A stretch of 64,000 nucleotides of DNA from Eledone cirrhosa (GCA_964016885.1 OZ024746.1:31310001-31374000); one strand, 5' to 3'; counted from the first letter of the stretch, positions 1-15,072 are shown. Numbers and translations: made by a program. Notes: generated by a model not told the origin, from the sequence alone.

Positions 1-31
1 TATATATATATATATATATATGCCAACTTAC

Positions 32-100
32 CATTTATCTTCTTACATTTCGCTCCAGCAAACCTGAGATGGATTCTTTGAGACTTAAACCAGATTTACA
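32..100 (-). other. Possible exon ending in ATG, from a minus-strand gene continuing left of the window
   Basis: Minus strand tttatcAG|TGTAAATC...AGATAAATG|GTAAGT. Perfect donor, non-repetitive sequence; product unknown. Confidence 0.35.
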
Positions 101-1554
101 CTGATAAACATGTTACTGTTGGACTAACTGGATAATGCATAATACAGACTTAGTATTATTACTCTGTTGTTGTGCTCTTGTTGTTATATATTCGTTGTGT
201 GATGTTGTTGTTGTTGGTGGTGGCGGTGTTAATGTTGTTAGTAGTGTGATGTTGTTCTTGTTGTTATTATTGTTGCTATTGTTGTTATACGTTGGCGGTG
301 TGTGTTGATGTTTTAGTTGGTGGTGGTGTTAGTAGCGTGATGCTGTTCTTGTTGTTATTATTGTTGCTATTGTTGTTATACGTTGGCGGTGTGTGTTGAT
401 GTTTTAGTTGGTGGTGGTGGTGGTGTTAATGTTATTGTTGTTGTTGGTGGTGGTGTTGGTAGTGGTGGTGGTGGTGGGGATGGTGGTGGTGTTAATGATA
501 GTGGTGGTGTTGTTGATTGTTGTGTTGGTGGTTTTAAGGTTGTGGCTGTTGGTGTTGGTGGGAGGGATGGTGGTGGTGTCAGTGGTGTGTTATGTAGGGT
601 ACTGACATGGGTTGGACAGGTTGTTACATTCTGAGACTAGACTGGTCAGATGACCCCATTGTACAGTTCAGTTTGGCATTGTACTGGATGCATTTTATTG
701 TAGCACCAGCACTACTGCTTTGCAGAGTGTATTGAGTGCATTTTATCATGGCATTAGCACTCTACACAAGAGTGTATATATATATATATTTATTTATTTA
801 TATATATATATTTATATATATATATTTATATATATTTATATATATATATATTTATTTATTTATATATATATCACATAAAATAGATAAAATAGAGAAATGT
901 TTGACAACTACCATCAGTCATAGCAAAACTTCTATCGCAAAGAAATTAATTTTCTTTTAAATTCTTTTGAAAAAAAAGAAGAAACCCATTAAAATGGAGA
1001 TTAATTCCCAAGAAAAATAAAATTATGTTGAATCCTTTTATTTATTTTTTTTTATCTTTAAACATTGAGTATGAGCTAACTTCCGGTAGCAATCTGTTTT
1101 ATGTAAATAGGACAACGATGATGTCTGAAACTTCCTAAGCTCTGCTTTGCTGTTTGAAATTTATTACAATTGCATGTTATCCAGATTCTATAATGGCAAA
1201 TTTTCTCAAGTCAGAAATTTCCCAGACGTTACAAGTGATTGTCTTTTATTGCTGTTTCCATTCAGCAGTAAATTTACATAATTCAAAAAAAAAAAAAAAA
1301 AAACAGGAAATATGTTTGAAGAACAAAACTACTCTCACATCTCTTGAAGAATTTTATTGGAAACTTCCCGTATTTTTAATCAATATATTTAGTGATGTTT
1401 GTAAGCTATGGTTGTGGACACTGTATGACCAAATGGTTAGGAAATTAACTTTGCAATCATTGGGCCTTAGGTTTAATTCCACACAGGCTGTTCTGTTGAT
1501 TAAACAACTGAAACACTCATCATTGGAATCAATGGACGTCCATTTCTCCCATGG

Positions 1555-1995
1555 TGTCTTTGACACCATGACAGTGTGTCCATGACGTCAGAGTGTCTTT
1601 GACACCATGACAGTGTGTCCATGATGTCAGAGTGTCTTTGACACCATGACAGTGTGTTGATGATGTCAGAGTGTCTTTGACACCATGACAGTGTGTCCAT
1701 GATGTCAGAGTGTCTTTGACACCATGACAGTGTGTTGATGATGTCAGAGTGTCTTTGACACCATGACAGTATGTCAATGATGTCAGAGTGTCTTTAACAC
1801 CATGGGAGTGTGTCCATGATTTTGGAGTGTATTTCACACTGTGTGAGTGTGTCCATGATGTCAGAGCGTCTTTGACACCATGGGAGTGTGTCGATGATGT
1901 CAGAGTGTCTTTGTCACTGTGGGAGTATGTCCATGATGACGGAGTGTATTTCACACTATGCGAGTGTCTCCATGGTGTAAGAGTTTCTTTGACGC
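1555..1995. repeat. 39-bp minisatellite, ~11 copies, degenerating rightwards
   Basis: Unit gtgtctttgacaccatgacagtgtgtccatgatgtcaga; 13-aa periodicity in the overlapping ORFs. Confidence 0.95.
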
Positions 1996-2341
1996 CAGGA
2001 AATATGGCAAATATGCAATTCTCCAACTATTTTAACAAACACGAGACAAAGGAACAACAACAACAGCAACAACAATAGAGACTTGTGTAATAAATCTCAA
2101 TGGCTGTCGTGACAAATTCACTTGAGTTGAACATCAGAAATGCTTAACAAAGAGTGGAGAAATCAATACAACTCTCTGTTGATTCTATCAATATCTTTAT
2201 TGGTGTTGAAATTCTTGAAAAATGGATTTCTGGTGAGAATCCAAAGTGTTGAAGTTCGATATTGGATTTGTTATATTGATTTTTGAAAAAAAAAAATAAT
2301 AAACCTATCGATTATTGCAGGAAATTGGTTTAGTGCAACAT

Positions 2342-4600
2342 ATATAGTGACTATTGCTGTGTAAACTGTGTTATTGTGGTAAATACAGTTACTATTGCTG
2401 TGTAAACTGTGTTATTGTGGTAAATATAGTGACTATTGCTGTGTAAACTGTATTATTGTGGTAAATACAGTTACTATTGCTGTGTAAACTGTGTTATTGT
2501 GGTAAATACAGTTACTATTGCTGTGTAAACTGTGTTATTGTGGTAAATACAGTTACTATTGCTGTGTAAACTGTATTATTGTGGTAAATATAGTGACTAT
2601 TGCTGTGTAAACTGTATTATTGTGGTAAATACAGTTACTATTGCTGTGTAAACTGTGTTATTGTGGTAAATACAGTTACTATTGCTGTGTAAACTGTATT
2701 ATTGTGGTAAATATAGTGACTATTACTGTGTAAACTGTATTATTGTGGTAAATACAGTTACTATTGCTGTGTAAACTGTGTTATTGTGGTAAATACAGTT
2801 ACTATTGCTGTGTAAACTGTGTTATTGTGGTAAATACAGTTACTATTGCTGTGTAAACTGTATTATTGTGGTAAATACAGTTACTATTGCTGTGTAAACT
2901 GTATTATTGTGGTAAATATAGTGACTATTGCTGTGTAAACTGTATTATTGTGGTAAATACAGTTACTATTGCTGTGTAAACTGTATTATTGTGGTAAATA
3001 CAGTTGTAGTGACCTACATTCCGCGGGCTCACATACATTCTCTGTGCGTGATTTGGCTCAGTTCAGCCAATCAGCGCCAGTAGAAGAGGATGTATCCCTA
3101 CGCGCCCTGAGGAAGAAATTCCCCGCGAAGATTTGAAGAATCTCGCTCTTGTACCGGAAACTTCAAGCCAGCAACACGCATAATGTAACAGTGAGATATT
3201 GCACCCCTAGCCTCGCCGGCTTAACGGCGCAATGGCACATTCCCTTTTGTAACCTCTTTTTACCTGTAACTTCAACTATATAAATAAACAGACATTTCAT
3301 CTCTAATTACTGCGGTTGAAGTCGTTATTATGTTACTCGTGTCTCAATAACATCTTTTATCCATGCTGCTGGAATTGGCGACCTGACGAAAGGAATATTG
3401 TAAATAGATGGTAAATAGATCGAGGGACCTTCCCTCACGTCTATGTCAACAAGATAATCCAACGAGGATACTATCACTTACCACACTGGCAACTAACGAC
3501 CACTGATTCTACCACCCTGCTAAAGTGGCGATAACATCTATAACTAATACTGCTAAACAGTTACTATTGCTGTGTAAACTGTGTTATTGTGGTAAATATA
3601 GTGACTATTGCTGTATAAACTGTATTATTGTGGTAAATACAGTTACTATTGCTGTGTAAACTGTGTTATTGTGGTAAATATAGTGACTGTTGCTGTGTAA
3701 ACTGTGTTATTGTGGTAAATACAGTTACTATTGCTGTGTAAACTGTGTTATTGGGGTAAACACAGCTACTATCACTGTAAACTGTGTTATTGGGGTAAAC
3801 ACAGCTACTATCACTGTGTAAACTGAGTTATTGGGGTAAACACAGCTACTATCACTGTGTAAACTGAGTTATTGGGGTAAACACAGCTACTATCACTGTG
3901 TAAACTGTGTTATTGGGGTAAACACAGCTACTATCATTGTGTAAACTGACTTATTGGGGTAAACACAGCTACAATCACTGTGTAAACTGAGTTATTGGGG
4001 TAAACACAGCTACTATCACTGTGTAAACTGTGTTATTGGGGTAAACACAGCTACTATCACTGTGTAAACTGAGTTATTGGGGTAAACACAGTTACTATCA
4101 CTGTGTAAACTGAGTTATTGGGGTAAACACAGCTACTATCACTGTGTAAACTGTGTTATTGGGGTAAACACAGCTACTATCACTGTGTAAACTGAGTTAT
4201 TGGGGTAAACACAGCTACTATCATTGTGTAAACTGAGTTATTGGGGTAAACACAGCTACTATCACTGTGTAAACTGTGTTATTGGGGTAAACACAGCTAC
4301 TATCACTGTGTAAACTGTGTTATTGGGGTAAACACAGCTACTATCACTGTGTAAACTGTGTTATTGGGGTAAACACAGCTACTATCACTGTGTAAACTGT
4401 GTTATTGGGGTAAACACAGTTACTATCACTGTGTAAACTGTGTTATTGGGGTAAACACAGCTACTATCACTGTGTAAACTGTGTTATTGGGGTAAACACA
4501 GTTACTATCACTGTGTAAACACAGTTACTATCACTGTGTAAACTGAGTTATTGGGGTAAACACAGTTACTATCACTGTGTAAACTGTGTTATTGTGGTAA
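2342..4600. repeat. 41-bp minisatellite with two variant domains, interrupted by the LTR-like insert
   Basis: Unit ctattgctgtgtaaactgtgttattgtggtaaatacagtta switches to ctatcactgtgtaaactgtgttattggggtaaacacagcta near 3750. Confidence 0.95.
3005..3557 (+). mobile_element. Solo-LTR-like insertion (~553 bp) inside the 41-bp minisatellite
   Basis: Starts TGTAGT, ends GCTAAA (imperfect TIR), flanked by a CAGT or ACAGT duplication of the satellite unit. Contains CCAAT and AATAAA and is CpG-rich relative to the flanks. Confidence 0.65.
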
Positions 4601-4658
4601 TTTCAGACATTATCGTTGTATTTGATTTAGAGAGTTGCTAGCGCTCGATATATTTTCT

Positions 4659-6218
4659 GGCTCACCTCTCTCTGAGTTCAAATCCTGCTGGGACCCACTT
4701 TACATTTCACGGCTCACTGCTCTCTGAGTTCAAATCCTGCTGGGACCCACTTTACATTTCACGGCTCACTGCTCTCTGAGTTCAAATCCTGCTGGGACCC
4801 ACTTTACATTTCATGGCTCACTGCTCTCTGAGTTCAAATCCTGCTGGGACCCACTTTACATTTCACGGCTCACTGCTCTCTGAGTTCAAATCCTGCTGGG
4901 ACCCACTTTACATTTCACGGCTCACTGCTCTCTGAGTTCAAATCCTGCTGGGACCCACTTCACATTTCACAGCTCACTGCTCTCTGAGTTCAAATCCTGC
5001 TGGGACCCACTTTACATTTCACGGCTCACTGCTCTCTGAGTTCAAAATCTGCTGGGACCCACTTTACATTTCACGGCTCACTGCTCTCTGAGTTCAAAAT
5101 CTGCTGGGACCCACTTTACATTTCACGGCTCACTGCTCTCTGAGTTCAAATCCTGCTGGGACCCACTTTACATTTCACGGCTCACTGCTCTCTGAGTTCA
5201 AATCCTGCTGGGACCCACTTCACATTTCACAGCTCACTGCTCTCTGAGTTCAAATCCTGCTGGGACCCACTTTACATTTCACGGCTCACTGCTCTCTGAG
5301 TTCAAAATCTGCTGGGACCCACTTTACATTTCACGGCTCACTGCTCTCTGAGTTCAAAATCTGCTGGGACCCACTTTACATTTCACGGCTCACTGCTCTC
5401 TGAGTTCAAATCCTGCTGGGACCCACTTTACATTTCACGGCTCACTGCTCTCTGAGTTCAAATCCTGCTGGGACCCACTTTACATTTCATGGCTCACTGC
5501 TCTCCGAGTTCAAATTCTGCTGGGACCCACTTTATATTTCATGGTTCACTGCTCTCTGAGTTCAAATCCTGCTGGGACCCACTTTACATTTCATGGTTCA
5601 CTGCTCTCTGAGTTCAAATCCTGCTGGGACCCACTTTACATTTCATGGTTCACTGCTCTCTGAGTTCAAATCCTGCTGGGACCCACTTTACATTTCATGG
5701 CTCACTGCTCTCCGAGTTCAAATTCTGCTGGGACCCACTTTATATTTCATGGTTCACTGCTCTCTGAGTTCAAATCCTGCTGGGACCCACTTTACATTTC
5801 ATGGCTCACTGCTCTCCAAGTTCAAATCCTGCTGGGACCCACTTTACATTTCATGGCTCACTGCTCTCTGAGTTCAAATCCTGCTGGGACCCACTTTACA
5901 TTTCATGGCTCACTGCTCTCTGAGTTCAAATTCTGCTGGGACCCACTTTATATTTCATGGTTCACTGCTCTCTGAGTTCAAATCCTGCTGGGACCCACTT
6001 TACATTTCATGGCTCACTGCTCTCCAAGTTCAAATCCTGCTGGGACCCACTTTACATTTCATGGCTCACTGCTCTCTGAGTTCAAATCCTGCTGGGACCC
6101 ACTTTACATTTCATGGCTCACTGCTCTCTGAGTTCAAATCCTGCTGGGACCCACTTTACATTTCATGGCTCACTGCTGTCTGAGTTCAAATCCTGCTGGG
6201 ACCCACTTTACATTTCAT
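4659..6218 (+). repeat. 52-bp minisatellite, ~30 copies, derived from a SINE B-box region
   Basis: Unit ggctcactgctctctgagttcaaatcctgctgggacccactttacatttcay. Confidence 0.95.
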
Positions 6219-7121
6219 CTTTTGAGGTTCAATATAGAACCAGCCCAATAGTGAGGCTGTCTCCCCTCACCTTCTAACTGTAACAACCTCCATAGTAATA
6301 TAATGATATAGTAATGCACTGTACCATTGTTTGTATAGTAGTTTTGAATTGTAGTATACTGTTAACAATGTATTAATCTTGTCTTTCATCCTTACGGGGG
6401 TCGATAAAATAAAGTACCAGTAATGCACTGGGTAATTGCTGGCCTTGTGCCTAAAGTAGAAACAATTATTACTATGTTACTAATATATAAATGTACTAGT
6501 GTTGTATATATAGTTACTCTGTAAAGTGGTGGTCATGTAGGAGTCATGACAAAAAAGCACCCAGTACACACTGTAAATGTAATCAGCATTAAGAACGGCA
6601 TCCAGCTGTAGAAACCAAGCCAAAATCAGCCGTGTGAGTGTGAAACACAGTCCTCCAACCTGATCTCTCCCAAAGGGAAAGCCTATCCTACCCATGCTAG
6701 CATGGAAAATGGACGTTAAACGATGATGATGATGATGATGATGTTATCAATGTGCCAATATTGTGAATGTGTTACCAATGTACCAATGTCAGTATAGTTA
6801 CTATGTTACTAATGAATCAATATAGTGTAGTATATAGTGTAGTTTAACTGGAAGGTGAAATGTCAACTGTTCAGAAGTGAAAACAAATATCACCATTTCA
6901 CAGAGACAGCTCCTGTCTTCTTTCTCATGCATAATACATATACACACATATATTAATACATACATACATACACATATTTATACATACACACACACACACA
7001 CACACTCATGTATACATGCATCGCTATTTCACAGTAACAGCTCCTGTCCTCTCATACACACACACAACACACATACATACATACATACATACTCACACAA
7101 ATATATATGTGTGTGATTGTA

Positions 7122-7215
<94 letters not shown>

Positions 7216-7378
7216 TACATATATATATAGTATTGAAAATAGGGCAAGGGACCTGCTTTCCCCTATTTCTTAGTTTCTCTTGAGGAGGAGGTGGGGTGTT
7301 GTAGTGTCTACCCCCACCACCACATCATTCTTAGCCACACATTACAGTTCCTAAAATACATTTCCAGCACTGACTATG

Positions 7379-7438
<60 letters not shown>

Positions 7439-7498
7439 CATACATACACACACACACACACATGCATACATACATACACACACACACACACATGCATG

Positions 7499-7531
<33 letters not shown>

Positions 7532-7540
7532 GCATGCATG

Positions 7541-7584
<44 letters not shown>

Positions 7585-7744
7585 TGCATGCATACATACA
7601 TACACACACATATATACATGTATGTATAATGTATATATATATATATATACACACACATATTATACATATACATTATACATACATACATATGTGTGTGTGT
7701 GTGTGTATGTATATGTATATATATGTGTGTGCATATATATATGG

Positions 7745-7809
<65 letters not shown>

Positions 7810-8037
7810 CGGACGGACGATGATGAAAATGATTTCATTTGAGACCTCTTGTGTGATGAGCAGATCAATTCTTGAGGCAGATTCATCACATCGATAAAGA
7901 TCTCAAACCAATCATCTGTGGAACATATGTATTTTAAAGTTAAAATTTGTTATCTCATGCATTATATCATCATCATTATCATCATCATCGTTTAACGTCC
8001 ATCTTCCATGCTTATATATATAAATATATATATATAT

Positions 8038-8115
<78 letters not shown>

Positions 8116-8784
8116 CCCTAGTGTAGGTGATCTACACAATAAAACACCCAGTACACACTGTAAAGTGGTTGCGGATAGGAAGGGTATCCAGATGTAAAAA
8201 GCTTGCCAAACAAAGGATTGTGAGGACCTTTCAATTGTGTCAAAGACACGACAATCTCCCTCCCCAGTGCTGGTACCATGATAAATGCACTCAGTAGAAT
8301 ATGGAACTGTATGTGAGATGCGAACCCCCCAGCCTGTTAGGGAAGTCAGTAGCCCCCGCTTCAGTACTGGCTTGGTCTATGAAGACCCATCCAACCTTTG
8401 CTTGCAAGGAAAGCAGACCTTAATTAATAATAATAATAATAATAATTGTTTCTACTTTAGGCATAAGGCCAGCAATTACCCAGTGCATTACTGGTACTTT
8501 ATTTTATCGACCCCGTAAGGATGAAAGGCAAAGTCAACCTCGGCGGGATTTGAACTCAGATCGTAAAGGGACGTAACTATGCTGGAAAGCATGGCGTCCG
8601 ACCCTCTACCGATACTGCCAATCCACCGCCCCACTGCCATAAAAATAATGAAAGTGATAAATGTGTTGTAATGTGTGAGAGGGATAGTTTCAATGCTGGA
8701 ATACAACCAACAATCTATCAGATATTTCCGATACTGCCAATACCGATACTGCCAATCCATTAATAATAATAATAATGATGATAT

Positions 8785-9310
8785 CATCATCATCATCATC
8801 ATCATCAGGTTTAGCGTCCGTGTTCCACGCTTGCATGGGTTTGGACGGGGGTTTTCCCACTTGAGGCAAGAGTGGTTGTCTTGCTCGCATAGGACTGTCT
8901 GGCGGGTTTTCTACAGTTGGATGCCCTTCCTAACACCAACCACATTTACAGTGTGGGGCTGGGAGGTTTTTACCGTGTTGCCTACACGGCCACATTACAG
9001 CGTGGACTGTCTGGCGGGTTTTCTACAGCTGGATGCCCTTCCTAACACCAACCACATTTACAGTGTGGGGCTGGGAGGTTTTTACCGTGTTGCCTACACG
9101 GCCACATTTACAGCGTGGACTGTGTGTTTTTTGTCGTGACACCTACACGATCTCATTTGTTTCGGCCTGGATGTTGTGGGACCAACATAACTTTACATTG
9201 AAAGGGGCGGTGTGGAGGTGGTGGGACGGGGGTGTGTTTTGATAGAGGTGCCTACTGACTGTAGTAGGTTTTTACTTTGTATTTAGGTAAGGCGGGTCTT
9301 CTCTATTACT
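8785..9310 (-). mobile_element. RTE 3'-UTR-derived repeat with internal ~120-bp duplication; related copies at about 18363-18690, 22868-23090, 32680-33070, 50512-50870 and, in the other orientation, 55330-55570 and 6540-6740
   Basis: Near-identical to 60381-60790 (catcatcgtttaacgtcc...ggatgcccttcctaacaccaaccac...). Confidence 0.85.
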
Positions 9311-9312
9311 GA

Positions 9313-9383
<71 letters not shown>

Positions 9384-9674
9384 CCATATATGATGATAGT
9401 ATATATAAATGATATAATGTATGTGTGTTGTGAGAAATAGCAACTAAATTTCTTTCATATCATACCCTGCAATCTTACAAAATGGAAGATCACATTAAAT
9501 AATATAATCCTAGATACACTATGCCACCAAAAAAAAAAAAAAAAAAAAAAAAACTTGGTTACAGCTGGAAGACCTTTGATGATAGATCATAAGTCAACTC
9601 ATATCAAGTTTGACCTAGGGTTAAATAGCAACAACAACCACATTAGCCTACATCTTGTGGTCTCTCTCTTCCCC

Positions 9675-9750
<76 letters not shown>

Positions 9751-9865
9751 CCTTTCTCTTATCCCTACAGTCATTAAATATCAAATTACAACTGGTATTT
9801 AATGGCTTCTAAGAATCACAGACCTTGGTTACTAAAGACAGAGAGAGGTGTGGGGAGAGGAACAG

Positions 9866-9908
<43 letters not shown>

Positions 9909-10127
9909 GATGTGGGGAATAAGTGTCTCTTTTGTAACCTTTACAGAATGATGTTTCATGATGCTTCCTGATTTAATGACCTACCCCACTAACTCTTTTC
10001 TATCTGAATATGTGGGGTTGTGGTATTGGTGGTGGTGATGGTGGTATTAATTGATGGTATTGCTGATGGTATATTCAACCTGTGAAGATCTATATAATAA
10101 TTATATATATTGTATACTAAATTATAC

Positions 10128-10165
<38 letters not shown>

Positions 10166-10619
10166 TAAATAATATATATTATCTATACTAAATTATATGT
10201 CATATATATGTGTGTGTGTATACACACTAAATTATATATCATATACTAAATGCTTACTCCTTTCTGGCGGGTAACATCCTCTCCTTTCCAACATAGACTT
10301 TACATATCGTTGAATTTAGGCAGTTGTCAGTTGCAAGCAATTCATTTGAATTTACAAAATGAAAATATACAGCCAAATAATATATTCAATACTTAATTAC
10401 TTACATATTTCATATAAAAATAGAGAATGAAATTAAAATATATATCATATACTGAATTATATCTCATAAATACTAAATTACATAGCGTATATACTAAATT
10501 ATGTCCTAAATTATATAGCATATATCTTACATATACTAAATTACCAGTTCCCATTTATAAACCATCAACTCTTCATATATTTATTTATTCATTCTTATAT
10601 TTTATGTTTTTATTTCATC

Positions 10620-11640
<1,021 letters not shown>

Positions 11641-11889
11641 AATATTTATCAACAATTTGTTTATTGAATCATGAAACAACAAATTTAGCAATGATTTCTA
11701 AAAGTAATTATTATTTGTGAGCTGTTGTTGGTGATGGTTGTGAGGGAGGTAAACTACAGCTGTCATTCACAATCGGGTATGATTTGGTAGTGTGTACCAT
11801 GGTTTTGTTAAGGATTTAAGATAGTCATGCAGTCCTGAGCAAGGAGACACCCTCTTGCCCTTCCCCCCTCACATCCAGCAAAACAGCCA

Positions 11890-12430
11890 TGATGTGGCAA
11901 CTGGACGTGGCTAGAAGTAGCTACAGCTGGACTGGTCAAGAATGTGGCAGCCAGACATGGCTATAAGTGGACTAGTCAAGGATATGATGACCAGACAGGG
12001 CTAGAAGTGGCTACTGTTAGACTAGACTCGACTAGTCCAGGATGTAGCAGTTTGATGGGGCTATAAGGGGGTATTCCTGCACTGGACTGGTCATGGATGT
12101 GGCAGCCAGACAGGGCTAGAAGTGGCTACTCTTGGACTGCACTGGTCTGGTCAGGAATGTGACAGCCAGGCGGAGCAAGATATGGCTACTTCTGATCTGG
12201 ATTAGTCCAGGGTGTGGCAGCTAGATGGGGATAGATGTGGCTACTCCTAGACTGGACTGGACAGGTCCAACATGTGGCAGCTAGATGGGGCTATTCCTGG
12301 ACTGGATTGGCCTGAATCTGATGTCCAGGTAGGACTAGATGTGGCTACTCCTGGAATTGACTGGATAGGTCCAGCATGTGGCAGCTAGATGGGGCTTGAC
12401 TGGTCTGGAATATGACAGCCAGATGGGGTT
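11890..12430. repeat. Degenerate ~50-60 bp tandem repeat followed by (GTA)n to 12690
   Basis: Recurrent gtggcagcyaga...gctaga.gtggctact..ctggactgg. Confidence 0.75.
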
Positions 12431-12491
12431 AGTAATAGTAGTAGTAGTAGTAGTAGTAGTGGTAGTTGTAGTAGTAGTAGTAGTGTTAGTT

Positions 12492-12547
<56 letters not shown>

Positions 12548-12641
12548 AGTTGTAGTAGTAGTAGTAGTAGTAGTAGTAGTGTTAGTTGTAGTAGTAATAG
12601 TAGTAGTAGTAGTGGTAGTGGTAGTAGTAGTAGTGGTAGTT

Positions 12642-12681
<40 letters not shown>

Positions 12682-13670
12682 TTGTAGTAGTAATTTTTAC
12701 TTTTGTTTCATTTAATTTATTTTTGTTTAAGATTGTGAATCAAATGTTATTAGAAATCCATTAATGTCTAGTTCCAACATCCTTATGGATGTAATGGTCA
12801 TGTGACTAGCTGAGCATAAATGTGATTGGTCTATTGATGCACAGGTTTCAAGATCCAATCAACTGCAGTCTTCTGTTATAATTCCAATTATATTTAAGAT
12901 ACAAAGAATAGATCTCCATCAGTTGCAATGATGAGTGTTCCATGTTTTAGATCAAGATAACAATCTACTCACGGAATTAATACATAAATGGCTGAGTATT
13001 CCACAGACACATGTACCTATAACATAATTTTCAAGAAGATTCAGTATGACTTAATGTATGGTAAGGGTGGCCCTGTGAATTACTGATACAGTCCATCTGA
13101 CAGACTTCCAAACAGCTTCTGTCTACCCACTAGCAAGGCTTGAGTCAACCCATGACTATGGTAAATTAGACTTGACCAAGATACCATGCAGTGGGATTGA
13201 ACCTAGGTCCTTTTGATTACAAGAAGAAATTCTTAACCATTTGGCCATACTATGTCCACATTTATCCCTGTACTTCATTGGTGATTGATGTTTGACCTTT
13301 GGAAGGATAAAAAGTAAAATTGACCTCAAAGGGATTTCAAATCAACCCCAATACATGGCTTGTAATGTATTTTATCAAACTCTCAGAAGGATGAAAGGTA
13401 AAGTTAGCCTCTTTCCATGATAAGACTAGGGCCCCTAATGTTAAAACACCTGAGAAACCTCTTATGATAAACCACCATAGATTTGAGCTGTAACAACACA
13501 TAAACACATGTGTGTAAATATATATTTGTGTGTGTGTGTGTGTGTGATGTATGTGTGTGTGTGATATATGTGTGTGTGTATTTATAGTATATATATATAT
13601 ATGTGAGAGTGTGTGTGTATGTATATATTTATATATATATGTTTGTATATATTTATATATATATATGTAT

Positions 13671-14375
13671 CATCATCATCATCATCACCGTTTTACGTCC
13701 GTTCTTCCACGCTAGCATGGGTCAGACGGGTTGTCCTGTTGTGGGCAGTGTCTGGTCGGCTGACCATGCTTTGCTCATACAGGAACTGATTTGGCTTGAT
13801 TTCTACAGCTGGATGCCCTTCCTAACACCAACCTCATTTACAGTGAGTGCTGGGTGCTTTTTCGTGGCGCCTACACGTCCACTTTACAGTGTGGGCTGGG
13901 TGCTTTTTTTGCCGTGGCACCTCCACGACCACCTTGCAGTGGGAGGGTGTGGGGGCATATTGTCTATATGCTTCAGCTTGTACCCATGGGAGATCGGGTA
14001 CTCTGTATTACTGTGTGACGCCAGAGGTCACGGTCGTGTGTCATCGGCTTTGAGAGGTGTACTTGGGTAAGGTCGGCTTTTATCACCTCATCCCAGGTCA
14101 TCTTGGGTCTCCCCACTCCGCGGTTTCCATCGACTTCTAGTGCTCTGCACCTTTTTATGCAGCTGTCATCCTTCATACACATCACATGTCCATACCAATG
14201 CATCCACCTCTCCTGCACACAGCATTTGATTCCTCTCATGCTCAGTCTCTCTCTCAATTCATTTATGCTTTGTTGTTCACGTATATTACTATTACACATC
14301 CATCGGAGCATGCAGGCTTCGTTTCTCTCTAATCTACATAAGTCTTCCACCTTCAGCACCCAGGTCTCACTACCA
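13671..14375 (-). mobile_element. 5'-truncated RTE 3' end with UTR and (GAT)n tail
   Basis: ORF 13973..14359 closely parallels ORF 60791..61144; shared UTR block ggatgcccttcctaacaccaacc. Confidence 0.9.
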
Positions 14376-14416
14376 TGTATGTATATATTTATATATATAT
14401 ATGTATGTTCCCATAC

Positions 14417-14725
14417 AGTTCTGAGTTTTTCATCCTCAGTGTATACCCAAAAGTCAGCTCAAAAGTGACACAGAGGAGACTGAGGTTGGCTGGACATGCT
14501 CACCGACATCCAGAGTTGACATTGCACTCAGTGCTCCTTTGGGAGCCCCTACATGGACACACTAGAAGAGGAAGACCAAGGTTAACATATGTTGATGCCC
14601 TAAGGACAGACACTGGTCTGTTGGAGATGCAGGATATGGCAGCGATAATGAGGGACAGAGACCGCTGGAGAGAACTCGTCCATGGATCTCGGGAATTTTA
14701 CCCGCCTTAGATAGATAGATAGATA
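14417..14725 (+). mobile_element. C-terminal fragment of a second RTE-type LINE with a (TAGA)n tail
   Basis: RRLRLAGH..R....LLWEP..G..RRGRPRLTYVD, followed by tagatagataga. Confidence 0.8.
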
Positions 14726-15007
14726 TATGTATGTATATATATATTTATATGTATGTATGTATATATTTATATATGTATGTATGTATATATTTATATATGT
14801 ATGTATGTATATATTTATATATGTATGTATGTATATATTTATATATGTATGTATATATTTATATATGTATGTATATATTTATATATGTATGTATGTATAT
14901 ATTTATATATGTATGTATGTATATATTTATATATGTATGTATATATTTATATATGTATGTATGTATATATTTATATATGTATGCATGTATATATTTATAT
15001 ATGTATG

Positions 15008-15072
<65 letters not shown>

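Noticed and set aside
383-960. Val/Gly-rich and Tyr/Ile-rich ORFs, and all similar YI/CV/HT/V-run ORFs in the window
   Set aside because: They are translations of (GGT)n, (TA)n, (CA)n and (GTA)n microsatellites with no coding signature.
2342-6218. Regular repeats resembling a CRISPR array
   Set aside because: Units are head-to-tail with no unique spacers, the context is eukaryotic, and there are no cas genes.
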